Positions 1 to 13,424 of a stretch of DNA of 64,000 bases are shown here, piece by piece. Numbering within the stretch: the first letter of the stretch is position 1; every line of letters starts with the position of its first letter. A model generated the notes under the pieces. That model was given only the letters and a program-made list of their open reading frames with translations. It did not search any database and was not told where the DNA came from. A program made the position numbers and the translations under genes. Source of the DNA: Callorhinchus milii (lineage: Eukaryota); NCBI RefSeq assembly GCF_018977255.1, contig NW_024704743.1, positions 19,470,001-19,534,000 on the forward strand, in the 5' to 3' direction.

Positions 1-986
1 CTGCAACACCAAGCGGAGGCTGTTTAATTGATGCTTATAATGCATGCAAGATAAATCCCAGGTAAGAATCTTAACAAAATATATTGTGATGCAGTAATCG
101 TTTATTCCAACAATTCTCCCCCCTCCCCCACCACCCACGCAGTGTCCAACCCCATCAAACACCCCACCTAAAGCACTCTGAGATGTTATCTTACACAAAG
201 AGCGCTATATAAATGCAAGTTGTTGTTCAGGCAGGTATGAAAGTTGCTACAATCAGCATATCGACTATTATTATCCTCTTTAGACGTGGGACTTTCTGCA
301 GTAGTATTACCAAACTCACATAGAGCGCCTAAAAATTGTAGTGAAAAATAAAAATGTAAAGGTGAGACAAACAGTCATATGAGAAAACATAAGACAACTG
401 GCATGTGAGCATCTAAAAGCAGAATAGAAAAGGGCTTTGTTGACCAGTTATCCAGAAATCACAGCATCACCATCCCTTATCCCAGTACACGGCATATCAA
501 CCAAAGTAAATGTTTATTGGCTCAATTACTTTAGTCATCACAAGATCATAGTATGTTTGTACAGCCAGGCATACTTAAAAAATAATAAATAATCCTTGCA
601 TTTGATGTAGGACCTTTCACATCAGGAATACATCTCATAAGATATACTGTAAAGTGTATTGACTGTAAATTATGTAGGTAATTTCTACTTGTGGTTGCAG
701 ATTATAGGGCTCCCTTAAATGCAGAAGTTTAGAGAAAACAAACAGCAGCATCTCACATACCAAAGCAAAGCCCAGCAGGACACCATTGTGCAGAGAAGGA
801 ATTATAAATCCATTTACATTTCTTAGGGTCTGAACTCTCTCATGAAACTTTCTTCCATGACAAGCAAAGCATCAGCAGAAGGCAATTTGAGGTAGTTTGG
901 TTCAAGAAAACTGAAACGAATTCACTATATATACAAACACAATCAATACCTGTTATAATGAAAGTGGAAATTTTAATAATAAATGA

Positions 987-1330
987 TAATAATGCTTGCA
1001 TTTGATATAGAGCCTTACCACGTCTTCAAGATGTCTCAAAGCACTTCACAGAATATACTGTAAAGTAAATTGACTGTATATTTTGTGGATCAAACATGGC
1101 AGCCAACTGTCCCACAAACAGTTGTGGATTGAGTGACCAAATGATTATTTTAATAAAAACTTGGGAGGGTTTATTACACCGGAAAAGTGATCTGCCAAAT
1201 GATTTACAACTGGGTTCCTACTTACTGCTAGGTAAACAGAGGAGTGTGGTGTAAGGAAACTTGCCTAACGTTTCGCCCTGCCCAGGAATCGAACCCAGGT
1301 CCTCTTACTTGCAAGCCAAATGCTCCAAAC
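987..1330 (-). mobile_element. tRNA-derived SINE, family A (long/older form)
   Basis: Reverse complement of tRNA-like head (…ggaatcgaacccaggtcctc…cttgcaag…), CORE-like middle (aggtaaacagagg…gtaaggaaacttgcc) and 3' tail (aatgcttgcatttgatatag); aligns by eye with other copies in window. Confidence 0.85.
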
Positions 1331-3959
1331 AATACCCCAAATTACAGATTTTGTACATACTTATACTTCAAACGTAAAAATTGTGAAGGATGAAGGCCAA
1401 GAAAATGCTCATAAATTAAATCAACATATTTTATGTACAGTGAAAGGATAGGTTCCACCAAATTTATCTAATCAATATGCTGGAGGGCAAATTTTACTTT
1501 GAAAGTACCTCCTCTATCTGACTTGGATGCACTGTCCTGAGACTTGATAGTTCTGTGCTCAGGGTTTTTATATTCCATCTCAGATGCAGGCTCAGTTATC
1601 AACACCAAAGTGTAGGATGACACTTGCTCCAAGTTGTCTGCATCCACATCCTCATAAGGTCAAGACCTTCAGGTGAAAATAATTGCTGTTCACCTCTTCA
1701 AGCTACTCATATGAGAACGATGGACCACCCCCCCCCCCCCCCCACCCCCATCACTACGATGGGACAGGAAGAATTAGTGGGTTTACATCTGCTGTGCTCT
1801 CCATTCACCAGGCCATGCCGAAGATTGTAACCTGTCATTCTGCCCTCTTGGACTGGATCCAGTATAGCTTCTGCATCTGCACTGAACACACCCAGCACAT
1901 CTGCAGGAATCAAGGTTAAGGTATGATCACAAGCACTGCAATGTAACTAGCATTTTACAGGTGTCGCAATGATTCAAAGAAATCATCAAGCAATGCCTGA
2001 ATTCAGCATGTGTCTCAACAGTTCCAATAGAACTCCTACCATGTCCATTTCAAGAACAGTGCAAGGCATTTTTGACAACCTCTTTCTCTGAGCTTTCTTA
2101 CAATACTCCTTTATTTGGTATAATGCCTTGTCACACCATTGAGACGTCTCAAAGCGCTTCATTGGACACACTGCAATATCCAATGAATGTGTATTTCGTG
2201 GGCGAAGATGAAATGAGTGATTATAAGGTAATGTCCTGTGATCTAATGCTTTTGATCAGATCAGTTACATGCCGAGTACTAATTCTTACAATAATAATCC
2301 CTGCAGTTGATATAGCTTATTTTTGCATCATCCAGATGTCTCAAATTGCTTTGCAGGATTTAATGAGAAGTGTACTAAATACACTTATAGGCAAACCAAC
2401 AAAGAATGCATCTTTATAAATTGTGATAAACTGGTTGTAAAAATCTTCAGTTAAAATAAATGAATCGCTCCTCATCAGATATCTTTCAGCTAAGTCTGAG
2501 GGGAACTTTCTGTAACTATACCTTTAGCAGTCATGGTGACTCTCCATCTGCCTTTACAGATGCGGAAGGACACTTTGTCCATGATAAGGGTACAAAGCTG
2601 GTGTAGAAGCTGCATTCCACCAACAATGTCAGAATATGCTAATGTTCCTTCCAGCAGCTGCTGAACACCTTGGGGTGTTTCTGCCTTGCTTGTGTGTGTC
2701 TAAGTACACTTAAGGCTCCAGCATCCAAAATGTAGCTTTCATGGACACTTCATTGTATGCCACAAACTCTACAATAGTGTGAATAAAAGTTCAGGCTCTA
2801 GTAATTTAAAGTGGTGGACAAAGCTACAATTAACTATAGAATGAAAATTCAGACATAAACAAGACCATGCCAACTAACTAGACTCAAGCACCTCCGATTG
2901 GTTCTTTTCCGTCATAAACATCCTCCATAAATTAGATGTTTTTCTCTCCCATATTACAAGAAATTGCCCCCAATTGTCTGTCTGGCAAAGCAACTGAGTT
3001 CCATTCTGCAAACTAACAATTCAGATACAAGCAATTTTTTTTTTAACGTGATTTCCTTTCAAATTATATATGGGGTTAAAATTGAACACATTCCATTCCT
3101 CATTTAAGCTTGTTTTGAAACACATTTGCTCTCTCCCTTTACTTCTCAGTCTGATAATAGTAGTGCCAAAGGACCTGAAAAAGCTGGGAGTTGTTATTTT
3201 CAGTTATCCTTCACATCAGCTGAACAGTCTTACAGTTTTGCTTTGCAGGATATGCTTTTAAAAATAAATTAGGGACTATGGTAAAACTGATTTGACAAGC
3301 AGATTTGATAAATAGCACTATATTTATAGAATAAAATTGTAAGGTGTAATGTGACAAATAACACTCGTGATCATTATCACATCACATCTTGCAATCTTCA
3401 TCCTATTATTTCCCAGACTTCCTCAGTTAAAAAAAATCACAGTATGTATTGCATGCAAAATATACAAGATTAGCCGGTTTGGAATGTATATACTTTCAAA
3501 CCACAATAGCAGTGGGAAAAGGAGACTGAAATTCAATTGAAAATAATAATTATCATAGCATTTGATATAGCCTTTCACATTAGGAGAATGTCTCAAAGCA
3601 CTTCATAGGATTTAAAGTAAATTTACTGTGAAGTAAATAAATAAAGAAGAATTTATTGATGTCCTTCAATTGCAAGCTTATTTGGTTCAATGAGTGTCTA
3701 GCAGTTGTGTTGTTGATATTTAATATCAACAAGGCTAGTCAGATACAAGGATGCATCTTGGTAGCATTTGCATATAAATTAAAACCAGATTAGTATATTC
3801 TTGTATAATTCATTGCAAAGCATGGCTTCAGATCAATATTATGCACATTGTGCCCCTAAAATAAACAGTCACTACACTTTACACTACCCCACCTGATTTT
3901 GTCTCAATGTTTAACCCTAAAGCCTTTGATGTGAAGCTCTGAAATGGATTGATGGTTAT

Positions 3960-4140
3960 CAGGATCACAAGCTAGATCTGGTTGAAGAGGTGCTTTGGCC
4001 CATCGGATCTCATCCTTCCAGAAAATCCACAATAAATCCTGTGAAGGACTTTAAACGAAGATGGAAAAGTGGATATTCTGGAAGGATGAGATCAAATGGG
4101 CTGAAGGACCTTCCTCTTCCAAACCTATTTTGTGATCTTG
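3960..4140. repeat. Imperfect inverted repeat (~70-bp arms), probably two CR1-like 3' ends in opposite orientation
   Basis: 3960-4030 ggatcacaa…gatctcatccttccagaaaatccac versus reverse complement of 4069-4140 …gatctcatccttccagaatatccac; same motif recurs at ~9945-10010. Confidence 0.65.
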
Positions 4141-4360
4141 GGTCGTCCTCCCAAGGTAAGAAACACCCACTCCAGACATTGGCCTTTCAATGTGGGTATT
4201 AATTTGTAACAACCAGTTTTGATCATTTTTAGCAGCAAGTAGAGGTCTAGATTTCAAGATGAATCTTACACCACAGTATTGGTCTGAATAAAGATGTAAC
4301 AAGTTTGCTTTGTCAGAACAAAAGTAGCGTCTTTGGACAATATGTGTCATGTGTCATCAT

Positions 4361-4651
4361 GATATCTCAAAGCGCTTCACAGAATATATTGTAACGTGAA
4401 TTGACTGTATATTTTGTGGGAGAAACGCAGCAGCCAATTGCACATAGCAGTGTTACACAAACAGCTGTGTATTGAGTGACCAATTTTTTTTGGGGGGGAT
4501 AGATTATTACCCCCTTCAAGCGAGCTGGGTACTTGGTGCTAGGTAAACAGAGACGTGTGTAGTAAATAAACTTGCTTAAGGTTTCGCCCTGCCCGAGAAT
4601 CGAACCCAGAACCTCTCACTTGCGAGGCAAGTGCACTATGCTACAAGACTT
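4361..4651 (-). mobile_element. tRNA-derived SINE, family A (long form)
   Basis: …gagaatcgaacccagaacctctcacttgcgaggcaagtgcact…ctacaagac head; shared body gcagccaattgcacatagcag. Confidence 0.85.
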
Positions 4652-4654
4652 CAG

Positions 4655-5100
4655 GAAGATCTTGAGATAGGTCTTGAAGAAGGTAAGGGAGGGGGTGACG
4701 TGAAGGGACTGTGGGATGGAGTACCAAAAGGCTGAAGGCCCGACCACCGATGACTGGGGACGTGGAGCAAGCCAGAGTCTGCCGAGCGGAGGGAGTGGAC
4801 AGGCCAGTATGGGGTTAACAAGTTAACAAATCACAGAGGTAGGGAGGAGCAAGGCCATGGAGGACTTTGAAGGCCAGGACGATGATATTGAATTCTATCC
4901 TCTGGGGATGGGGAGTCAGTGGAGCCGGGTGAGGATGGAGGTGATGGGATCATGGAGGCTAGTTTTGGAAAGATTACAACCTCCAGAGTTCTGAATAATC
5001 TGCATCTTGTTGACGGAACAGTTTGTAAGACCGACAAGCAGTTAACGCAATCGAGCCTGGGTGTAATGAATGTGTGGATGGAGGGAGCACGTGACTGTGG
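4655..5100 (-). mobile_element. L2 LINE ORF2 C-terminal/3' fragment (decayed)
   Basis: Minus ORF 4831-5124 contains IHTFITPRLDCVNCL, like the L2 motif 'HAFITSRLDYCNSL'; purine-rich antisense body. Confidence 0.8.
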
Positions 5101-5930
5101 GAGGTTGTGTGTAAAAATAGTCACTACATTTCACTCTAATTACTGAAAGTGCTTGAAGACAAGTTGATGTGAAAACATGCAATAAAAATGCATGTTCCTT
5201 CATTTTTACCTCTTCTGAAAATTGCTTTTTTCCAACGTTCAGTGCTCTTGTCTGCCCAGTTCATACTGACTGAATAATCAACTACACAGCAGGACATCTC
5301 TTTCCTCTCAATCCACACTTCTCTATTGTGAGTCCTCTAATTAAAGTTCTTATCCTGTTTTGTCATTTAAGTAAAAAAACATTTGGGAAACATTGTTAAC
5401 CTTTCCAAAACCACTTTCAGTTCATGACACCGACTGCACAGCCCAGATATGAAATCAAAGGCTGAGAGACTACTTGTTTTTCTGCTGATATTACTAAGTT
5501 ATGTGAATTCATATTAGCAGCTTTATATATTGATATTATTCAATAGCAGTTTCAACATGCCAATGGAAAGAGTGTTGGACTCAGTAAGTCCGAGAGGCAG
5601 ATGGAAATTTACAGCACAGAAGACCACTTGACACACTGTGTCTGTGCCGGCTCTTTGAAAGAGCATCCCATTTACCCACCTGTTCCCCATACTCCTGCAA
5701 AAGATTCCTTTTTTTTTAGATATCTATCTGGTTCCCTCTTGAAAGACATTATGCATTCTATCTCACCACTGCAGAGCATTCCATATCCTAACAACTCTCT
5801 GTGCAAAAAAAAAATCCTCCCAATCCTCCCCTTTGCTTCCTTGCTAATGATCTTAACTCGATGCTCTTTGGTCATATTTCAGGTAAATATTCTTTGTCAA
5901 CACATTCCATTGTGTTGCATTTGCATTTGC

Positions 5931-6290
5931 ATCCTTGCATTTGATACAACGCCTTATTACATCATTGAGAGTCTGAAAGCGCTCCACACAGAATATATTG
6001 TAAAATAAATTGAATGTATACTTTGCGAGCAAAACGTGGCAGCCAATTGCACACTGCTGGGTCCTACAAACAGTCATGGATTGAGTGACCAAATAATTTA
6101 TTTATTTGTTTATTTTGAAGGGATTATTACCACCAGAGAGTGATCCATCCAATAAACTAACAACTTACTGCTCGTAAATAGAGGAGTGCGAGGTAAGAAA
6201 ACTTTCCTAAGGTTTCACCCTGCCTGAGAATCAAACCGAAGTCCTCTTTCTTGCGAGGCAATTACTCTAACCAATACGCTACAGGACTCC
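5931..6290 (-). mobile_element. tRNA-derived SINE, family A (long form)
   Basis: Ends …ctaaccaatacgctacaggactcc (reverse of head ggagtcctgtagc); tail atccttgcatttgata. Confidence 0.85.
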
Positions 6291-6724
6291 ACATAAATTA
6301 TATGGAGTGAAGCTACAATTGACCGGGACAGCAAACCACAGAGAGATGACCCAATAATTTAAATCCCAGACAGTGCTGCAAATAATATGTAGTTTAAATA
6401 AATATATTGTTGAGAACCTCAGAATTATGGACAGAGCAAATATCATCAAATGTTATTGGTAAATAGTGATTTTAGGTCTTAAACAGACATTTCTTCAAAC
6501 TTGATTCATAAATTGTTACATTACAGACAGCAAAAAAAACATTGTTAACTATTAACATTTTGGTCCAAAAAGTATAATTACGTTCTTAAAAAGGGAAGGG
6601 TAATTTGGAAGTCTTCACTTCCCCATTTAAGGCATAAACATATGAAATAAAAATAGCTTCCAGTTTTCAGCCAACTGTCTGTCTGTCTTGGGGCTTTCCA
6701 AACATCCGCATTTTTGTCTTGGTC

Positions 6725-7650
6725 AGTCTGACACTTGCTGAAACACATCACCATGATTAAGAGTATCTAAACCAAGCTGAGATTTCTGTGCACCTACACA
6801 TGCATATTCCAGGGTAGATTGTCTCTGGAATGCGCACTCTCTCCCTGGAGGACTCATCCTGTTTACCTAATTCTGGAAAGTAATTAGGCATTGGTTGGCC
6901 ATAGCTAAGGCTTGGGGACCCCAGAGTGTGCGTTGGGGTACAGCTGGAGTCTAACCAAGTAAAACCGATTTGTGGAGTCCTGTAGCTACAACAACAACAA
7001 CAACAAAGTTACATTTGTATAGCTCCTTTCATGTCGGGAGGACATCCCAAGGCGCTGGAACAGACAGATCAGTTGTTAGAGCACTAGGGTTTGATTCCCG
7101 GCAGGGAAAAATGTTGGGTGAGTTTCCTTACTCCTCACACCTCTGCAATAAGTAGAAACCCAGCTGTTAGTCGATTGGCGGATCACTTTTCCAGGGATAA
7201 TAATCCCTTTTAAAAAATTTGATCAACTCAATCCACAACTGTGCAGCGCCTTGGGACGTCCTCCCGACGTGAAAGGCGCTCTATAAATGGAATTTTGTTG
7301 TTGTTGTTGTTGTTGACTGTTTGTGGGACACTGCTGTGCACAATTGGTTGCCAAGTTGCACCCACAAAATATACAGCCAATTAACATCTAGAAGACGTGA
7401 AAAGCATTATATCAAACGCAGGGATTATTATTATTATTATTATTATTATTATAGCTTGCCATTGATATTGCTGTCTGGCAAGCTTTCCTGCTGCTTGTCC
7501 AGCTAGGACCACCCTATCCATTAGCCTTTGATTTGCAGGGTTAACAAGAGTAGGCATGGGATTATTCCATGACCCAGTGACTGGTCTGCCCTTTCAAGTC
7601 CTGCTGATGAACCAGGCCATCTGTGCTGTCATCAGCAGTGCCCAGGAATA
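6725..7650. repeat. Unclassified ~430-bp interspersed repeat, split by a SINE insertion at ~6973-7451
   Basis: 6725-6968 plus 7451-7650 are the reverse complement of the uninterrupted copy at 30730-31160 (e.g. aaggcttggggaccccagagt / actctggggtccccaagcctt). Confidence 0.8.
6974..7451 (+). mobile_element. SINE family A carrying two nested short L2 3'-tail insertions
   Basis: Head ggagtcctgtagct interrupted by an antisense (CAA)n tail at ~6988-7065; second sense tail at ~7243-7315 ending (TTG)n flanked by duplicated actgt; SINE ends in (TTA)n. Confidence 0.8.
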
Positions 7651-10173
7651 CTGCAGACCTGCCTGGCTCAGAAACCGGACTACCAAGACCGCCGCAGAGC
7701 ACTGGCTCGATTCCGACATTCCATTGCCAGGCATGTCACCTTGGAGCCAGTAAAGCTCCATGGACACCATCGCCTACCTCCCCCCCACACCCAGGAGAAT
7801 AATCACTAGTTGATAAACATCTGGATAGTAGGAGAATAGGTGTTATATGCATGAAAAATAAATTGACCTGACAGAGTTGCTCAGTATTAGAACGTACAGA
7901 ATAAAGGAAGCATACATCAGGTGGACTCAGAACCCAGGTGATTTTCAGTATAAGCACATCAATTGTCATGTGTTTTTAATCTTAAACTTCCAGGGTCTGG
8001 ATAATGAAAAACAGACTAATAGTTGCAAATCATATCATGTAAATCGTTGACTTGAGTGTCTTCTCTGACATCAGGTTGAATGAACCTGTGTCTGAACAGA
8101 TCCATGTGTCCACAGGGTTAGTGCTAAACTTTACAGATCACAAGTAATTCGGCGTTTATGAGCTCTGGCAGGCCTTGCCTTCTCTAACCACTATTTCCAA
8201 ACAGCGATGATGTAAGGTTATTTTGTAATCTCTGTGCAAACACCTTCTAATTCTCTCACAGAAATAGAAAAGAGCCAGCAACATCCACTGGACAGTGCCT
8301 GCAGTTTGCTGAAACTCTCCTCACTTTGAATGAAACTGCTTCTATAGTTATAGCGGACAAGCTACTAAAGAATATTATCACCTATATCTGGAGTTTCCAA
8401 ACCATAAAGGTGTCCTAATCTAATGCCTAACTGTTGTGCTATGGTGTAGGGTTCTTATGTTTAGATCACTATTATAAGAACATTATGCAGGAGTTTTCAT
8501 CAAACCATCTGCTCCCATTCTTAAACAACTTAAAGACCTCAAGAGAAAAGTTCACACAACTCAAGACAACAACTTACATTTGTATAATCCCCTTAATGGT
8601 GGAGTGGAGGGGAAGGGGGAACTTTAGAAGGCTGGAGCCAGCTGAGCAAGGAGCTAAGTAGAGAAGTGGGGTGTAAGCAGGTTGAAGCGGTGCTAGGGTA
8701 TGAAGTGATTTGTAAGTGAGTGTGAGGATTTTGAAATTAACATAATAATGTGCTGTCTTTAAGCCTCTCATCCACCCACCTTAACTATGAATACTGTATA
8801 GCTAGCTGCCTGCCCTTGGAGCTTCAATTGTGCAAGACGAAGGGATAGACAAAGACTTATTGGTGCAGACAGGGCTGGATTGGAGAGTGGGTCAGCTGCT
8901 TTCAGAGAAGCAAACTCCGAAATAATGAGAAAGTATAGAAATAGGTGTCACAGCTGAACCAAAGCAATTCATGCAAAAGCAGTAAGTGAGATGTTCCGCA
9001 GTGCAAAAGAAAATAGGACAAATTCATTTAACACAGATGAGATATAGGAAAAGCCATATGGAAGGCTGACAGATTTTGTGAGTGTCTCTGATGGGGGTGT
9101 GAATGTGGACATCTCACTGCCTTTTCTTGTGCTCTGAAGTTCTTGTAAAAATTGATCGTCTGAAGTGGATCCTTGTATAATCTCTAAAACGGGTTGGGTG
9201 GAGGGGGAGCGGGAATAACTAAGGCAGCCAGCACTATGCTGTATGCTGTATGTAGAAGTACATACATTGCATTGTCTAATATCAGGATTTTTTTTTAAAA
9301 AGCAGTAAGAAAGTAGCTCTTTTTCTATACTTCATGTTTTTCTAGCAATTGGAAATGTCAGGTCACATGAACCGTGCCAAATATTGAAAGATGAACTGTA
9401 ATTATTCTGCATTGCAACAATTTTCCATTGCTACGATATGAGAAAATTACAGTTATGTTATCGAAATAATAAGATAAACGATAAAGACAAATAATTAAGA
9501 TAAATGTAGATCACTGGAAGCATCAGTTTGTTAAGCAATGAGGATTTTTTCACAATAACAACAACTTGTATTTATATTGCGCCCTTCACATGGACTAGTG
9601 TCTCAGAGCACTTAACAGTGATGAAGCTTGATGCTGATTCACTTAACAATGATGAAGCTTGATTCTGTTTGACCGTGCCTAAAAAGGAGAGGTAACTATA
9701 GGCACGGGCAAACAGAAAGATCTTCAGGTGCAATCTGAGGATGGGCAATCAGGAAGCAAGGTAGATATATTAAGGCAGAAAGTTCCAGAGTTTCAGGGTA
9801 GAGTGGCTGAAAGCACGGCTACTGATGGTGGAGTAGAGGGGGTGATGGACATGCAGAAGGCCAGAGCCCGCTGAGCAAAGGGAGCAGATAGAGTAAATGA
9901 GGTTTGACCAGATTCAAGAGGTAGGGAGATGCTAGAGCAATCATAGATCACAAGATGAATGAAGAAGACTATCCGGCGTATTTGATCTCATCCTTCCAAA
10001 ATTCCCACCTCACCATCACAACATTTCTTAATTGAGTTCAATGCCCTGGCCTTAATAACCTTTCCTGATAATGCATTCCTGATGTTAATCATCCCATAAA
10101 GAAATACTTCCTGGTGTCTGTCCTGAAATTGCTCTTTTCTTCCCTGATTCTGTACCCTCTTGTTCTGCTGCTT

Positions 10174-11050
10174 CTATCAGCTTGTCTGGCAGACATCAGG
10201 ATCTGGATGAGTGCAAACTTCCTGCAGCTGAATGTGGGCAAGACAGAAACTATACTCTTTGGCTCCCATCAACGTCTTCACCCCTGCGGATCTGAACTGC
10301 TCAACCTCCCTGGGTTCTCCCTCACACTAACCGAACCAGTGCACAATCTAGACATCCAGTTCGACCACCAGCTCACCCACATCCAGTCCCCAACCAGGAC
10401 CGCTTTCCTCCATCTCTGACACATTGCCCGTTTCGGACTGTACCTTACCCCAAAATGCAGCCGAAACCCTCGTGCACGCGTTTGTCACCTCCCACCTGGA
10501 TTATTATTCCTCGCTGGTCTCCCCAGCTCCACTATTCAAAAATTCAGTTCATTCAGAACTCTGCCACTCACTTACTGACCCGGACCAAACTCCATTCTCC
10601 CATCTTACTAGCTCTGGCCAGGATCCACTGGCTCCCCATCACCGAACGGATCAACTTCAGGTCCTCGCACGCGTATTCAAATCCATTCACTCTCTGATAC
10701 CTCCCTACCTCTCCAACCTCCTGACTCCCCAATCCACCACCCGGCGCCTCTGCTTGACTGACATCGACCTCCTGCCTTGTCCCTTGCACTCTCCATTCCA
10801 CCATTGGAGGTTGCACTTTCAGCTACTATGCCCCCAAAATTTGGAACACTCTCCCTCAATCCTTCCACCTTGCCCCCTCTCTTCCCTCTTTCAAGTCTTG
10901 CCTTAAAACCTTCCTTTTCGACTGTGCTTACGATCACCTCTCCCCCTCCACCCCCCACCGCCAGCTCGGAGTCAGGTTCTGTCACCATTAAGCGCTCCGA
11001 GACGCTACCCTGCGTGGAGGGCGCTATTATAAAAGTCGTTGTTGTCGTCG
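10174..11050 (+). mobile_element. 5'-truncated L2 LINE (ORF2 C-terminus, 3'UTR, tail), frameshifted
   Basis: SACLADIRIWMSANFLQLNVGKTETILFGS, AETLVHAFVTSHLDYY, LARIHWLPITERINF motifs spread over three frames; ends agcgctccgagacgc…gggcgctattataaaagtcgttgttg. Confidence 0.9.
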
Positions 11051-11089
11051 CTTGGTATATCTGAAAGTATTGTTCTGGTTTATTTTCTC

Positions 11090-11740
11090 AATCCTATTAA
11101 AATCTTCTATGTCTTTGTAAAGTCCTCTCTGATGTCTCTTATGTTGCTGTGACCACAACTGTGCATAGTACCTCAGATGCAGCAGACCAAAGCATTGCAC
11201 TTGAGCATGATTTCTTGGGAGCTGAAGTCAACTGATTTGGCAATATAGCACAATATCCTGTTTGCCTTGCTTATTGCTTACTCACACTGTTTTAATATGA
11301 TGAGTGATGAGTCAAAAGACAACCCCAGGTTTCTTTCAGCTTCCCACTCAGCAAGTTCTCTCCCACCCGTGGACTATGTGTGCCTCCGATTTTTACTTCA
11401 ACAACAACTAATTACATTTGTGTAGCACCTTTTGTGTCGAGAGGATGTCCCAAATCACTGTAAAAAGAATACCTGGCTTGCATTTATCTATGTTGATCTT
11501 CGTTTACCAGTCATCAGCTCACATGCATCAAACGCGCCTCGTAAGACCTTTGGTGCTTCTGCTGATTCCACAGTTGCCCCCAATCTTGTGTCATCTGAAA
11601 ATGTAGTTACTTTGAGTGGAGTTTGCAAATCCAGGTCATGAATGTATAGAAGGAACAGGAGGTGCTCCAGTACAGACCCCTGAGGCAGCCCACTAAATAC
11701 CTCCAACCATGGTGACCCAGCTCCTTAATAACTCAATGTT
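11090..11740 (-). mobile_element. CR1 LINE reverse-transcriptase fragment (decayed)
   Basis: Minus ORF GLPQGSVLEHLLFLLYIHDLD…FSDDTRLG, like the CR1 RT motif '[13 protein letters not shown]…FADDTKLG'; interrupted by an L2 tail at ~11400-11460. Confidence 0.85.
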
Positions 11741-12342
11741 TGTTGGATGTTGGGGAGAGGAGGCATCTTTATAGTCTGCTCTATGGGGAAAAAAGAAACC
11801 CTTCAGGGAGTGCAGTTGTTCAATATGTTCACTGTCTCCTGTTCATTCTCTTTTTCAACCTTCGTTGAATCTCCTTTTGGGATTTTGCCTTTTCTGGTGA
11901 TTCTGTTTCTGCAATATTACTGAACACTTTCTTTGGCGTTGTCATTTGCATTTGCTACTTCCAGCATAACTCTGGCCAGTTCTCTCTGGGCTTCCCTGAT
12001 CTCTTGCGTTAAGCCCTATCTGAGCGGTTTCTTGTATTCGGGTCCCAAACTGCCGCAAATATACAGTCAATTCACTTTACAGTGTGTTCCGGTGAAGCGC
12101 TTTGGGACGTCCTCCCGACGTGAAAAGCGCTATATCAAATGCAAGGATTAGTATTGTTACTATCGAAAAGAAAACGTTGGTACAGAATTACAATGATCGA
12201 TGTTGAAATCCTGCATTGGTGTGATACCATCTTCCTCCTTTCTGGAAGACTGTTGGGATGACACGCTGGATCGATGGAAAAGCCAGATGCCAGGCAGGGA
12301 GCCAAATTGCCCAAGAATGTTGACTCGGGCAACACTTAACGT

Positions 12343-12373
<31 letters not shown>

Positions 12374-12949
12374 AGGTGGAGTGTGGGACATTGCAACACC
12401 CCTCAGTTGTGCAGCAGAGGGTGCTCTTTTGATATCCAAATGCAGGCAATTTGTGTGTTGTCCAAACCTGTTCGTGAGATACGAGAAATCGTGCAACTTC
12501 CCTACCAATCTCAGACCCCCCCCCACACCCTCCCACCCCCCACTCCCCTCCCCACCACCATCCCAACCACCCCACAGCCACTGGGAAATCGATGCTCCTG
12601 TGTTAGTATCAACTGTGACAACTTGCTCGCTTGCTGCGTAAATACATAAATAGATAAATGGATAAATAAAACAAAATAAATAAGCAAAATCAAATGCAAA
12701 AAAAAAAATTGTGTTAAGGTGGGACGTCAAGGCAGAAGGCACGACTGGAAAAGCAGCAGTCGGTGGCTGTGGCTGCGCTAACGCGTTTCTATCGCCTTTA
12801 TGCGCTGTGTCTGCTCGTGCTGTGCGCTGAACAGCGAACGTGTTTTGCGCAATTTGCTGTACAGCAAAAAAATCCTTGTCCAGCCTCGGTTCGTTCGTGA
12901 AACACTGGTGATGCTTATTGTTAGACTGTGCCCCCAAATGCAAAGGTTA

Positions 12950-13190
12950 CAGACATACATATACAATGCATACATACATATACACACACACACATACATA
13001 CACACACAGATATACACACACACACACACATACATACATACATACATACATACACACATACACACACACACACACACATACATACACACACACACACATA
13101 CATACACACACATACACACACACACACACACACACATATACATACACACACATACACACATACACACACACGCACACATACATACATACC
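12950..13190. repeat. (CA)n/(CATA)n compound microsatellite
   Basis: Directly visible. Confidence 0.95.
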
Positions 13191-13424
13191 AGCCATCCGC
13201 AATGTTATTTGTTTGTGGAATGCACACACAACTCTCTCCCCCCCTCCCCCCCCCCCCCCCACCACACACACATACATATACACATAACCCCCCCCCACCC
13301 CCCAAAAAAAAACGATGCAGGTTAGAGTTAAAGGTTACTGACAGCTGTCAGACAAAAGTTCTGTTCTCTGTGATCTGTGTTCTGCTGCGGTGGCAGCAAA
13401 TACCAGAGGGAAAATGGGCAGATG

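Noticed and set aside
1811..1920. Exon-like segment (caccag … AAG|gtatga) on +
   Set aside because: Stops in all three frames and no recognisable product; a non-coding exon cannot be supported from sequence alone
2522..2700. Minus-strand open frame ending AAG|gtatag
   Set aside because: Weak acceptor and donor, and unrecognisable peptide
3070..3261. ORF starting MGLKLN, like the neuritin N-terminus
   Set aside because: Similarity stops after six residues; no matching splice donor or downstream exons
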